A stretch of DNA of 64,000 nt. It comes from Mobula hypostoma. Its lineage: Eukaryota. The stretch's first letter is position 1, and every line of letters starts with the position of its first letter. The position numbers and the translations under genes are program-made. The DNA lies in NCBI RefSeq assembly GCF_963921235.1, contig NC_086097.1, positions 132,496,001-132,560,000 of the forward strand, given 5' to 3'. The notes beneath the pieces were generated by a model. It was given only the letters and a program-made list of their open reading frames with translations, did not search any database and was not told where the DNA came from. Below, in pieces: positions 25,321 to 38,334 of this stretch.

Positions 25321-26419
25321 AAAAGATCAGGCTGCATCTATGGAGGGAAATTGGCCACCAACATTTCAGCATTTCAGATCAAGGACAGTTAGTCCTTTTC
25401 TCAAGGAAATCATTGAGTATGATGTCTATTAAACACCAAGAGTGACTTTTTTCCTATGTTCACTATGCTGTTAGGTACTTCCCAATATTTAATCCTGCTT
25501 GAGCTCACGGAACAATTGATGTCCCAGACACTTCCATCATGATCCCAGGGAATGCTCTGTCCCAACATTAGGACAGATACCGGTTATCTCCCCTCTGTTT
25601 TCCAGTTCAGATGAATAGTCTTGACCAGCAATGTTAACCGTCCGTTTTCCTCCACAGATGTCACTTGATTTCCACCAGCATTCTGTCTGTTGTACAGGAA
25701 AGAATTGACCCTGGTGGATCAACTGCTCTCTGCTGAAACTTGCCTGTTGGATTACCCGTTACCCCTCACCGCTTCCCATCTCCTTCACTGTATCTTTCAT
25801 TCCTTACTCTTTGTGTTTATTTAGCAACATTTCCTGTGGAAGGAAGTTTCATGTTCATATTACCCAGTTCCTCACGAATACCCTACCAGATGACATCAAT
25901 GGCCCCAAGATATGACCTTCTACCAGATATGGAAAAATTCCTTCCATGGTTGCCCTATCAAACAGAGGTGTTGGTTCACTGCAGATTACATTGTGCATTA
26001 TGAACAGAAAACAACTGGGTAAAGACTGCTTTCATTCAAGCAGCAAAATAAAATCAGATTTGTTATTGATGTTATTTATGACTCTGTAAAACAGCTTGCT
26101 GAGGAAGACAATATATGACTGCAAGTAAGTATTGCATGTTGTATACTATGTATACCCAGTAACACAATAATGTAAGATTCTGGCAGTCAGTGGATAAAAA
26201 AGTTACGGAAAGACACCATTCTCATGGATACAACAATGAAATTATTGGTGCAAATGTCAACCAACAAAAACTGATCAAACAAGTCAAATACAAATGGGAT
26301 GGGTGCTTGTCTTATGAATTCCTTCCCCATCTTCCCAATTCAGGTATTAGCCAAACACCCGGACATAGTGCACCTTCTGTGACATAGCTCAGCACCCAGA
26401 CAGCATTGTCCTTACACAT

Positions 26420-26785
26420 CTCATTGAAACCTACCAAATGTTGAAAGGCCATGGGCATGGAGAGAATGTTTCCAATAGTGGGAGAGTTTAGGATCAGAAG
26501 GCACAGCCTCAGAATACAAGGACATCCACTTAGAACAGAGATGAGGAGGAATTTCTTGAGTCCGAGGGTGGTGGATCTCTGGAATTCATTGCCACAGACA
26601 GTTGTGAAGGCCAAGTCATTGAGTATATTTAGGTATAGGTTATTGTTTAGCAAAGGAATCAAAGGTTACAAGGAGAAGTCAGGAGAATAGGGCAGAGTGG
26701 CAATGAAAATCAGTCATGATCGAATGGCAAAGCAGACTCAATGGGTTGAATGGCATAAATCTGCTCTTATATCTTATGGTGTTAT
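26420..26785 (+). mobile_element. CR1 3' fragment
   Basis: ORF 26451-26690 RMFPIVGEFRIRRHSLRI..RTEMRRNFLSPRVVDLWNSLP; TCTTATGG tail. Confidence 0.85.
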
Positions 26786-26974
26786 CATCTTATGTACCAC
26801 ATATGCTTCAAAAATACATTGGTTTGGGAGAATTTTCGAAGAGGTTTTGAAGTGTGATATAAGCCAGTGAATTATTTGCTTACAGCTTAGTTGTTATTTA
26901 TATGTTGGAGATGAGGAAGATTTCCGTTTAGATTCTTTCCTTGTGGATCGCTCAGAGGCTGAGGTACCTGCAGA

Positions 26975-29550
26975 TACACTGTCCAAATGGTACCAATGCT
27001 CAGATCATCTCACTGAGCAGCAGCCACTTCCCCTGAACTCAATTCTGGCAGCTGATTTGTCTTCTGAGCAGTCAGGTTACAATAAACTTGGGGGATGGAG
27101 TCATCAGGAGCCCCCAATTGATCCACCACTCGCTCCTCGTCCCTGACCAGTCCCTCATGTGCCCGTCAGGACAAAGCATCAGCATCAATGTTCCTGCTTC
27201 CCAGCTGGTACTTCAGGCTGAAATCATAGGCGGACAATGCCACCAACCACCGATGGCCTGTGGCATCCAGTTTCACCGAGGTCAGGATATAAGTTAGGGG
27301 GTTGTTTTCTGTCCTCACCTCAAACTTGGTCCTGTAGAGGTAGTCACTCAGTTTATCCACCACTGCCCATTTCAACGCCAGAAATTCTAACTTGTGCGTG
27401 GGATAGTTTTTCCTCGGAGGGCGACAGACTCCGGCTGACAAACGCAACGGGCTTCAGCCCGGAGCCCTGATCCTGATACAGGATGCCCCGTAAAACCCTC
27501 TCGGCTGGCATCCGTGTGCAGTACATACGATAATCAGGGGTCCGCAAACACCAGCACCGGCATCTGGGTCAGCAGCTCCTTCAGCAACTGAAAGGCATCC
27601 TCATATTTTGCATCCCACCTCAATCCAAAGGGCTCCGATGGGCTAAGATACTCTCCACCCTCCTGTCTTTTTTTCCTCCTCCCTTTCCTCCCCAAGGGAG
27701 GGTAACCACACAGAAGCTGATTCAAAGGGTGACTCACTTTTGCGTAGCCTTTCACAAACCTCCGATAGTAACTACAGAACCCAAGGAACAAGCAAAGAGC
27801 ACTCACAGTCTGGGGCCTTGGCCAAGTGGTAACTGCCTCAGTCTTAGCTGGGTTTTTAGCTACCCCATCCCATAAGACTATGTGCCCAATGTAGCTAAAA
27901 GATGTTTGGCAGCACTGGCACTTCTCCAGGGAAAGATTTAACCCTTCAGCTTTCAGGCAGCCCAGCACCTTCAGCAGCCTCATTTCATGTTCTTGCAAGA
28001 TGGATACAAATACTATGAGGTCACCCAGATATACCAATACCTCAAGCGTTCATATCCCCCACCATCTTCTCCATGACCCACTGGAAGGTTGCAGGAGCTC
28101 CCAAGATGCCCTGGGGCATTCTTTCAAACTGGAAAAATCCCAGGGGACATAAATGCCATTTTCTGTTTGTCGGCCTCACTCATGGGGATCTGGTAATATC
28201 AACTCCTCATGTCCAGCACACTGAACCATTTTGCACCACTCAGGCAGGCCGAAGTGTCTTCAATCCTTGGGACCGTACACTGGTCAGGGATGGTGTGCCT
28301 GTTCAGAGTCCTATAGTCCACACACATCTGTACCTTCCCATTCTACTTTCGGGCCACTACTACAGGGGACACATAGGGGCTTCGGGACTCAGTGATGAAC
28401 CCAGCTTCCTTCAACTTACACAAATGCTGCCGAACGTCCTTCTCTGCAGGGTCCAGGTGCTGTGACCTTTTTCTGAACGGGGTATCCTTAGTCACCTGGA
28501 TAGTGTGACGCGTGCCCTTGAAACAACCCACATCAAACTCGTCAGTGGAAAAGACACCTTCCAGCTTCAATATCTTCTCTACCAGCCTCCTCTTCCAACC
28601 TGCAGGAACTGGAGAATCCCCAAAGTTGAATGAATCAGGGGTCAACTTTCTCCCCTTTTCCAATAGTTTCTTCCTGGCCTTTCTCAACGGGACACTAGAC
28701 ATTACCGTCACCAGGAACAAATGCGCCAGGGGCATCCCCTACCTGAAGGTGAACTCCCTCTTCGTAGTGTTCCTGACCATCACTGCCATCCTGCATTCCT
28801 GTACAACCGAGGGCTTCTGCAATTAGGGCTTCACCAGTACCCCAGCAGGAAATCTCGACTCCCCTTCATGGTCTTCTGGAGCATCCACTAAGAGGGCTTC
28901 ACCCTCAGGCACTCTGGGAAATTTGGGGGTCCCCATCACTCTTGCTACTTCCCTAAGCCGTACTACCATTGGCTTCGACTGGGTGAACCACACAGTCCCT
29001 TATTTAAATTCGGTATCTGGCCCAATGCTACCAGCACTTCCTCATATGCAGCTTGAAACCCTGGGTGCATGGACAATATTCCTAGAAAGCTCTCATCAGC
29101 CTTCTCCTTGCAGGCCCCCATGAGCTTCTTCAAAAAAGGGGTGTTGGTCCCCACCAGAATTGAAATGCCGCCCTTCTCAACAGGGTCCGGACAAACCAGC
29201 ACCAATGTATCAAGGACCTCAGACACTCCCACAACGGCCTCCGAGAACTCCAACTTCACTGACAAATATCCGTCGTATGGATAATCACTAGCACTAAGCC
29301 CCCAGATCTCCACTGCCCTGAATGATGTCAATGGTAAATGCTTCAGATACCAGTTGTAAAACGAATGGTACAACAACGTGACCTGCGACCCAGTGTCGAG
29401 TATGGCTTTAGCATATATACACTCTATTCGCAGCGACCCACTGGAGTATGGACCAACTAAGCCTTCAGGAATTGGGCCTTTCGCTTTCAGGGGTTCCTTG
29501 GTACATTGCTGGGAACGAGTTCCCCCAGAGACACCAGGTCGTTTCCTCAC
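26975..29550 (-). pseudogene. Gypsy pol (protease-RT-RNase H) with multiple frameshifts
   Basis: Protease AILDTGSQVT. RT SRSPYVSPVVVARK, YLGDLIVF (YLDD decayed) and FLGFCSYYRRFV. RNase H NYPTHKLEFLALKWAV..FEVRTENNPLTY..NIDADALS. Confidence 0.92.
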
Positions 29551-30799
29551 TGAGTCTTATCTAAGTTTTCCCAACGACTCTCCCTGCTGAGGTACCTGGG
29601 GGCTCACCCTCTTTCTGGCATGATACCTGCTGCTAGCAGCCCTCCGCATTGTTTGTCCCCCTGGGGAATCCGCTGTCCCATCAACTCCATTATGGGGGGG
29701 GGGGTCACACCCACTGATAACAACCAACATATCTCCGTTCTCAACTCTGCCACAATCTCCTCTACCGCTCCCTGGGGTAGGCTATCTGTGGTCACTTCAC
29801 CACAGGGGACCACTACCGAGGACTGTACCCTGCTGACAGAGTCCTCCCGTGCCTCTGCTGCGTTCTCCTCTTCCCGTACCTCTCTGATCAGCTCAACAAA
29901 AGATGGAAGGGGGCGTGTCTTACGAGACTGTCAGAGACCCCCAGCAATCAGGTCATGGGACTGGGCGCTTCTGTTTATCTGGTCAATTCTTAACTGATCC
30001 ACCACAGCTGCCTGAATGATCCCTCTGTGCTACAAGCAATTTAACCGCCTCTCCAGCCAAAAAATAAAAGCAGAAAGCTTCTCCCCCTTCTCCTGATGCA
30101 TGTTCCGAAACCCCACCATGAGCTCCAATAGGCTTCCAGTCAGACCAAAAGCATTGTCCAGTGCTTGCAGATAATTGACAGCTGTCGCTAAGGGAGGTTT
30201 CAACCTGACAGCTCTCACAAAGTCAGCGGCCCGCCCATTCAAACTTCCAACCAATCTCTGTCGCTTTTCATCATCAGAGTACTGCCACTCATCTAACAAC
30301 TGAGAGGTCCGCTCCGCCCAAGTCTCATATTCCTCCTCCCCTTTAGGGGTGGGCGTTATTCCAGAGGATAGGCGGAGCCTGCCCATAGGCGACCTTAAGC
30401 ATCTGGGGGCCCGTTTCAAGAGTTAATGTGGGGCCCTACCCCCGCTTCCCAAAAAAAAGAAAGAAAAAAGGCAAATATTCAAGTTGGTTTGCATCAATAA
30501 TGGTATAATTTCGGACTTAAATGTTGATGCATTATATGCACTTTCGGCATAATGGACAGACAGCTCAACATAATCCAAGCAATTCTTTTAATTAAAAATG
30601 ACATTTCTTGCTTTGGAGTGGGAAGCCGCGCCCTTTTCAGCAACTAGTCTGCATTGAATGGCACTATGTGTTAGGTATCAGCTGACATAAGAAGAGCTTA
30701 AACAATTTCCCTCTAATTAAATTAATAACAAAAGCAATGTCATATTTAATGAAAATTCACACTTTATTTATTCAATGAACAGTGTCTGAAAGTTAACTA

Positions 30800-30904
30800 G
30801 AACATAGAATAGTACAGCACATTACAGGCCCTTCGGCCCACAATGTTGTGCCGACCCTCAAACCCTGCCTCCCATATTACACCCCCACCTTAAATTCCTC
30901 CATA
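30800..30904 (-). mobile_element. Short CR1-type 3' tail inserted in the hAT 3' region
   Basis: GAACATAGAATAGTACAGCAC..ACAGGCCCTTCGGCCCACAATG is the reverse complement of a CR1 tail. It is flanked by TAACTA at 30794-30799 and 30905-30910. Confidence 0.7.
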
Positions 30905-31151
30905 TAACTACTGGAAGTTTACAACAAACCGCGTCTTGCGCTCTTTCAGCACCACGGACAGCTCACGTAAGGCCTGGAGAGCGAACAGGAGAAGAGTGAG
31001 AGAGAGAGGAGACACAAGTGGGAGAGAGAAATTACGATTTGTGGAAACGCCGCCTAATCGCCTATACACATTTTGAGTGAAATACGTGGTTTATTTTATT
31101 ATTTTAATTATAAACTTTATTTCTGCTAAAAATGTGTTAAAAGACTTACCA

Positions 31152-33708
31152 CTAGAACTTCACCACCCTCCTGTGCTTGAGTGCTGAGAATGCTTTAATG
31201 AGCTCATCTTTGTCCAGCGATCTTGTTATTTCATGCTCAATTGATACCTGAGCAAGAGCTGACAGACGCTCCTGGAGCATAGTTATTCTCACATGCGTTT
31301 TGATGAACATTAGCCTCGAAAAAATTCTCTCTCCACTCGCTACAGTCACAGGCACTGTCAGCATGAGTCTTAGAGCAATGGTGAGGTTAGTATACAGTTC
31401 ATCCAGATTGTTGCTGTTAATATAGCTCAGAATCTGCAGGCCGGTGGTTTCTTTTGCAGGCACGGCACTGACAGCAGCCGACACCTCGCGCAAAAGGTCC
31501 TCAGCATCCATATTACCAAATGTCCTCTCCATGTTTACGCAGCTGTCTTTCAGTGTGCGACTTTGGGTGGCTTTTTTCATTTCCTCTCTACCATAAATGA
31601 AGCCAAACAGACTGTAAAATGACTCCATCAGCTTGAAGCGCTCACTAATGCCTGTGATGGCAGAGTCCACTAGTGGAAGGAAAACTTCTCTCTTGTACCG
31701 TTCCTCGGGTGCCACTGTCAGGGAAGGATCTGCACTTTGGGACTTGTACTGGAACTGGAGTTTTGGTTTTCTGATTCGTGCAGTAGGAAAGACCATTGGC
31801 ATCCCTATCTCTTCAGCTACGTCTCTGGCATCGGTTTGGGTGGATGAAAGGCCGTTTTCTCTATATTCCTTGAGAAATTTCAGAACATATTCCACCTCGC
31901 GCTGTAGCACATCGATTCCCACGTGGGCTCCGGAGCAGCTTGCTGACATGATTCACCTCATGTAAAACGTTGTACCAGATGATAACAGTAAGCAGGAATT
32001 TCCATGACATGATCTCCTGTTCTAGGCCTCTGGCTGCAGATGTGGTTTCACTGTCACCTTTCCGTGTGGCATGTTCAATCAGTGACAGGAGCGCATTGCC
32101 AACATCGGGAAGCTGGTAGCACAGGACTTCCACACTTCCCACATGGCACTCCCATCGCGTGTTGGATATGGCCTTGAGGGTCATCCGTGGCATATTCTCC
32201 TTGAAAAGCTCTCATCTCTGTGTCGATGAGTTGAATAGTGTGTATAGATGATGCAGCACCCCAAAGAAGCTGTTGATTTTGCAGCATCGACAATGATTAG
32301 GTTTAGGCTGTGGCTGGCGCATGGCACGAACAGTGCTTTTGTGTTAATATCTAGCACCCTCTTCTGCACCCAGCTATTGTTCCCCCGCATATTGCTCCCG
32401 TTATCATATGCCTGCCCCCCGCATTTTGAGATATCTAATCCTAATTTCTCCATATGCTTTAAGAAAACGTCAGTTAGGCCTGCACCTGTTGTGTCAAGCA
32501 CTGGTAGGAAACCGGCAAAATGCTTACTGACAGTAGCTCTGACATTTACTTGGCATGTGACAACATGAACTGCTCTATGTGTGCAGCATCAGTGATGCAG
32601 TCCATTATCACCGAGTAGTAATGTGATTGCTTTACTCTCTCTGTTATCACTTCCAGTGTCTTGACTCCAATAAGTGTGATTAACTCATTTGGTATGGTTT
32701 TCCCCATGTAGTGGTCAGCAATCTTTTTTCTCTGCTTGTCTGACATGTTCAGTCATCACTGGGTCGAACTCGGCAAGCAGCTCCACCAGACCTAGAAAGT
32801 TCCCATTATTTGGTTCATGTAGGGTGGAGTTGTGGCCACAGAAAGCAAGGTTTCATTCTGCAAGCTGACAGACTATGGCAATGAACTTCTTCATGACATA
32901 ATTCCAGTGTTTTTTTCCAGCATTTGCGTTCCTTGGTACGTGCTGTCAATGGCAATGTGCGTTCTTAAGCGCGTTTCCAGCTTGCGCCAGCTCTCCATGT
33001 TAGCACAGTGCGCACTTGACTTCTCATGATCCTGGAGTGTGAGAGTGAGTTGCTCCCACGCTCTGAAACCTCCGCAAGTGAGACTGTGATTTCGCTTGCC
33101 AAATAGGGTACAGCAGAAACAGAAGATTGAATCAGATGATTCTGAGTACACTAACCATGACCTACAAATGGTTTCTCCATTTTTCATCTTCATAAGATGT
33201 CCTTGGTAAAACAACGGCCTGATTGGCTCTGTGGAAAGTTAATGTCCTCTAACTGAACGGGACCTCTCCTAACAATGTCGATCCGTTGGTCACTGGTAAT
33301 ATGCGTTGGCCAACGTGCCGGATCGGTCTCTGTGAATGTCAGTGGGTCTTTCTCTCTGTCTGGTGTGCTGGTGGCGGCTTCTCCCTCACCTGTCTCAGTT
33401 GTAGCACTGTCATCATGCTGTGGTGCTTGTTCATCAAACAAAGTTTGGTCATCATTATCACCATCTGTTTGAGTAGAATTGTTCTTCTCATTTTCGTTAC
33501 TCTAATTATCATCTCCTGTACCGGTTACACTGTCACTTGGCACTGCAGTCCCATGCTGTGACGATGGTGCAGCAGCAACTGCAGTTGGCGGGCCTTTTAC
33601 AGATGCTGGACCAAAGAAAGATGTAACTTTTGGGAGACTATGTAGACGTTTTGTTTTGTTGTCTAATATTTTCCATTTTTCAGCACCACTAGGATAGGAG
33701 TGTTTCAT
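31152..33708 (-). pseudogene. hAT transposase, frameshifted into ~7 ORF pieces
   Basis: MKHSYPSGAEK N-terminus, TTF-type zinc finger RSWLVYSESSDSIFCFCC, YYSVIMDCITD, GQAYDNGSNMRG, FVPCASHSLNL, TRW, and dimerisation domain TVPVTVASGERIFSRL..IKT..QERLSAL. Confidence 0.92.
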
Positions 33709-34318
33709 TTTCCTCTCATTGAAAAGTAGCCTTCTTTGCTCAGAGCAATGTTTACAGGTGAATTAAATATTTTAATGTATTTTCTTAGATGTCAGTCAGC
33801 GAGCACCCACTGGTGGTTCGGCTGGCAATAGCAGGAGAATATTGTGGCGTCTGGGAGCTGTGCATTAAATTTTTGCATGTCAGTTGGGGGCCCCTGGGAG
33901 GGCAGGGCCCGTTTCAGTTGAAACAAGTGAAACATAGCTAAAGCTGCCTATGAGCCTGCCACAGCTGGGACTTTGAATCTGATTTTTCCATTTATTCGTC
34001 AGAGAAGTAAGGGCCAATACTAACGCAGAATTCTCACTCTTCTCCGGGGGATGTGGACTAACTAGACATTCGAAATCTGACCACTCTTTCCCCTCACTCT
34101 TCAGAAATGAGAGAACCCTGTCTTTGAAATCTCCGCCCCAGCTACCTCAGTGCTGGTCTGCATTAAAACGAGAGCTGTGCCCACCATTTTATCAAACCTC
34201 CACCCACAATCACAACTTCAACAGTACTTAACAGTGGAATTAACAATTTATCCAGAGTACAAATACCTTCTCCACCGGTTCATTGCTCAGAGTAATCACA
34301 CAGCATCCAACAGAATCA

Positions 34319-34337
34319 ATCCCAAACGTAGCCCCCA
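34319..34337 (-). promoter_or_regulatory. Primer-binding site, tRNA-Pro-like (degenerate)
   Basis: Minus strand TGGGGGCTACGTTTGGGAT versus the canonical tRNA-Pro PBS TGGGGGCTCGTCCGGGAT, 4 nt after the LTR end. Confidence 0.75.
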
Positions 34338-34341
34338 CAAT

Positions 34342-34905
34342 TATAACTCTCTCTTCGGCTAGCGGCTTAATATAGGGGGTGATAGCCCCCGGCCCAGCCA
34401 AACTTAAGAAATCTCGTTTTGGTGGATGCTGCGCGATGTGTCCCCTGTTACAAACCAGTACCCCAAAATAACAAACAGTACACAATATGCGATTAAACAA
34501 TTAAGCTTTATAATTCTTACTTTGACTATACGGTTAGTAAAGAAACGAAGAAAAGAAAAAAAGGGCCCGATCTTATTAAACAGTCTTTTACGCAATGTTG
34601 GAGCTCACTGATAAGTCGATCGTCCACCATCAACCTCTTCCGATCGTTGCTGCCCTTTGGATCCTCGCTCCAAGTCCTCCCCGTCCAGCAGCCTACCAAC
34701 TCTCTCCATTCGCTTCTTCTCTCTTCATCTCTCCCCAGCAAAAGACAGCAAAAAAACTCTCTTCCAACTCACAAGAAAGAACACAGCATTTCAAACCCCG
34801 TTATCTCTAGTCATAACCAAACTTTGCTGCTACAGAGAAACCATTAAATTATCAGTGAAATCTTACAGCATGTTACACAGCAGTGAAACCCTACAGTACG
34901 TTACA
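34342..34905 (-). repeat. Gypsy 5' LTR (~564 bp)
   Basis: Minus strand starts TGTAAC and ends GTTATA (decayed GTTACA), just before the PBS. Confidence 0.8.
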
Positions 34906-34994
34906 GACAAAAAAAGCACACACGTGTCTTTACTTCCTCAGGTAGCTCGAGAAATTAGACCTGTCCCCTTTGATCCTCACCAATATTTTTGATG

Positions 34995-35800
34995 CACTAT
35001 GGAAAACATCCTATTTGGATGCACCATGGCTTGGTATGGCAAGCCTGTGACTGGAAAAATCAGCAAAGAGTTGTGGACACATCTCTGCACATCACGTAAA
35101 CCAGTCTCTTCCCTGTGGGCTCTCTCTACACTGCTTACTACCTCAGTAAAGCAGCTACGATTATCAGAGAGTCACTCACCCCAGGCATTATCCCTACTCC
35201 TCCTCCCATCTAACAGAAGATGCAAAAGCTTGAAAACATGTACCATCAGTTTCAAGGACATCTTCTATGGTTCCCTTGTACGACAAGGTGGGAAGTTCAG
35301 AATCAGAATCAGGTTTAATATCATTGGCATATGCTGTGAAATTATTAACTTTACGGCAGCAGTATTACACAATACATGATAACATAACTCATAAAAACTG
35401 TAAATTACAGGAAGTATATGTACGTATACGAAATAGTTAAATTAAGTAAGTAGTGCAAAAACAGAAATAAGAAGTAGTGAGGTCGTGTTCATGGGTTCAA
35501 TGTCCATTCCAAAATTGGATGGCAGAGAGGAGGAAGCTGAAGCTGAAGCTGAATTGTTGAGTGTGTGCCTTCAGGCTTCTGTACCTCCTTCCTGACAGTA
35601 ACAGTGAGAAGAGAGCCTGTTCAGAGTGGCGAGGGTCCTTAATGATGGACACCGCCTTTTTGAGGCACCGCTCCACCGAGGTTAGTACCCATGGTAACAC
35701 TCTTGACCTCACAGTCGACCTCATTATTGCCCGCGCTTTGTTGTTGGCCTGTACTGAACTTTCTTTTTAAGTGTAAAACTTTATTCTGTATTTAAACTAC
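34995..35800. mobile_element. Nested Rex1/Babar 3' fragments (plus copy interrupted by a minus copy ~35297-35675)
   Basis: ENILFGCTMAWYG and LPSNRRCKSLKT on plus; RCLKKAVSIIKDP..LLLSGRRYRSL on minus. Confidence 0.7.
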
Positions 35801-38334
35801 AACACACTCCATTTAATCTTATATGCTTATCTACCTGCGTGTTACTTAGGTTGTGTTGGCAATTTCACGTGCGCAAAAGATCCTAGTGTTCTTCAGTGCC
35901 ACTAATCTGCCCGGACTAATAAACACTAATTTCCATAGGAAAATCATAGTCAGTCCTTTTTCAAAAAAGTTCCAATAAGTTTTCTTTTACTACTTTCAAT
36001 AATATTATGGGATATTATGGGATCATTGCTTTTTTGAGTTTGAAGTTATGCGATGAAACTTTAGGGAATGGTTTGGTGCAGCAATTCAAGTGCACAGGAA
36101 TGTAAGAGGCTGCAGCGGGTAGCGAGTTCTGCCCAGTACATCACAGGCACATTCCTCCCCACCATCAGAGCTTCAAGATGGCAACACCAATCATTAAAAA
36201 CACCACTATCAGGTCAAGGCCACCTTCCCACAGCTACGATTCAGAGGGGAGAAGACAAGATTGAGGAGTTCCAATGTCTGTCCAAGTGACCTGGGTGAGA
36301 GGGTGGATCGCTCTAAGCAGCGAACCAATTTGGAGAAATCGAGAACAGTTTATTTGGCAGCGGAATCCAGGTCCAAAGTGAACCACTGGGCGGCGTGTTC
36401 TAGGCCCGGAGCAATTTGGCACGGCGAGACCCAGGTCCTAATGTGAGATCCATTATGCTATTTAGACAATCTAAATGCTGGCCCATATAAACTGGAAGGT
36501 CAGCGTGCCCGAAGCTGGGTGAGGTTGGATTGCTCTGGGCACCAGGCTGACTTGGAGAGGTTGTGAGAGGCTTCTCTGCAGCAAAATCTAGACTCGGAAT
36601 GAATCAGAGTGGAAGGGCTTGAGTCCTAGTGTGAGGTTTGGACAACTTAAACACTGGCCAGATAGTCTGACGCTCCTCTCTCCATGATACTAAGGCTGTG
36701 AGATTGCCCCCGGCCACTGTGCTTTATGTCTGCGAACTTTATTGACAACTCGCTCGCTAATATGATGAACTGAATACCAAGGCTTTGGGCTGCTCTGGGG
36801 ATTATGATCTAAGAGCTCAATTTGGTTCGCAATGCTGTTGTTTTTGCTCACTTCCATTGCTTGCACAATTTGTTTTGTTTTTTTCTCTTTCTCTGAGGGC
36901 ACTGGGTGGGTTGGTCTTAATGGCTTCTTTCAGGTTCCTTGCTTTGTGACTGCCTGTTAAGCAAAAAAAATCTCAAGGTTGTAGAATTTATACATTCATT
37001 GATAATAAATGCACTTTGAAAGTTTGAATCTTTGAATTAGAGCAGCAATAAAACAATGAGATCATTAGCAGGTATATAAGCTTGAAGTCCCACATCACCA
37101 GATTCAAGAACAGTTACTTCTCTTTAAACATTTGTTTCTTGAACTAACCAACAGAACTGTAATCAATGCAGTTTAGCAATACTGTGACCACATTAATCTC
37201 TTTGCATTAAAATGTACTGTTCTTTTTGCTTCTTGTGTTCTTTCTTCTAAAAATTATGTACAATGTATGTTTCTTTGTGAATGCTACTTATATGATTCTA
37301 TATACCTATAATGCCGCTGCAAGTAAGTTTTTCGTTGCACCTGTGAGTAGTGTAGTTGTGCAAATGACAATAAACTTACCTTTGCCTTTAAATATATCCA
37401 ACAGTTGGTCATGCTGGTTGGTTATGTTGGTATTAGCAATGCTTCAACCATGTCATGAATTTCAGACTAAGTTAAGGCAGAAGATCTTAAAATTTTATAG
37501 ACACTGGATGAACCTTTATGGATTTGCTAGATTGGGTAGGAGTTAGAGGTGACTTGCAGATTCTTGAGTCCAGATTTGAATTTGAAATCCCCCTGAAACA
37601 CTAAAAGTTACTATTGAGAAACTCTATTCCGAATGGTGTTTCTGTTGTTTGTAACCCATTGCCCTAATTCTAATCAAACAGAACAGTAGGTGGATTGGGG
37701 AGTGGGTCTCTAACATCAGATCGCTTGTCTGCAGCTTTTTGTGTCAGTCAGTGAGATGAGCTTTTTCCAGTCCCGTTACTCATTAGTTCCTTGGAGCTGG
37801 AAGAGTGAGTAATGTTTACAACTGTCTGTTGGCAGTGTCAAGTCTAACCCTCCCAACCTTTCACTATACATGTTTACTCATATTCATCAACATTCACATT
37901 TGTACATAGAAAAGGAAGACATAGTTCCGCTCTTTTATATCTGTCATTTATAACAATAAAGAAATGCCATCCCTTATGAAAATAATCCTCCACCTATTTG
38001 GATTCTGGTGATCCAGTAAACAATGAATCAGCACTGCCTGAGAAAGCTTGATATTCAGCTTCTTGAGGCACTTCTTCCCTTGTCAGTCATTGTCATACAG
38101 CATGGAAAGAAATTCTTTGGCACATCAGATCCATGCCAACCCATAAGCGTCTAACTTGGAATACAACCATTAAGTTTGATCAAGGTTAAAAACTAATCCC
38201 TCATCCCCACACATCAGATCAACAGATGCTCATATAGTTTGTGTTATTCTTCTGCATTAAACTTATACAAACAGTTGTAGGTCATGATCAAATTACCTAA
38301 GTCATATTGTTGGCTCCTATTATAGGATTGTAGG

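Larger units (their letters stand above)
30384..33952 (-). mobile_element. Full-length hAT DNA transposon (ZMYM1/DUF4371-type transposase), 3569 bp
   Basis: TIRs CATAGGCGACCTTAAGC / revcomp CATAGGCAGCTTTAGC. Perfect 8-bp TSD AGCCTGCC (30376-30383, 33953-33960). Subterminal GGGCCC motifs at both ends. Confidence 0.93.
29548..34300 (-). pseudogene. PNMA-like Gypsy gag, split by the hAT insertion (parts ~33961-34300 and 29548-30383)
   Basis: Removing the insertion gives DFKDRVLSFLKSEGKEWSD...QIQSPSCG|RLRLSSGITPTPKGEEEYETWAE...EKRQRLVGSLNGRAAD...YLQALDNAFG, which matches the PNMA/Gypsy capsid pattern. Confidence 0.85.
26975..34905 (-). mobile_element. Ty3/Gypsy LTR retrotransposon, 3'-truncated (no integrase core or 3' LTR seen), interrupted by hAT
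   Basis: 5' LTR, PBS, gag, protease, RT and RNase H appear in Gypsy order on the minus strand. Confidence 0.9.

Noticed and set aside
31152..31949. 265-aa ORF as a domesticated ZMYM1-like host gene
   Set aside because: It lies within TIRs and a TSD and the upstream frames are broken, so it is a dead transposase.
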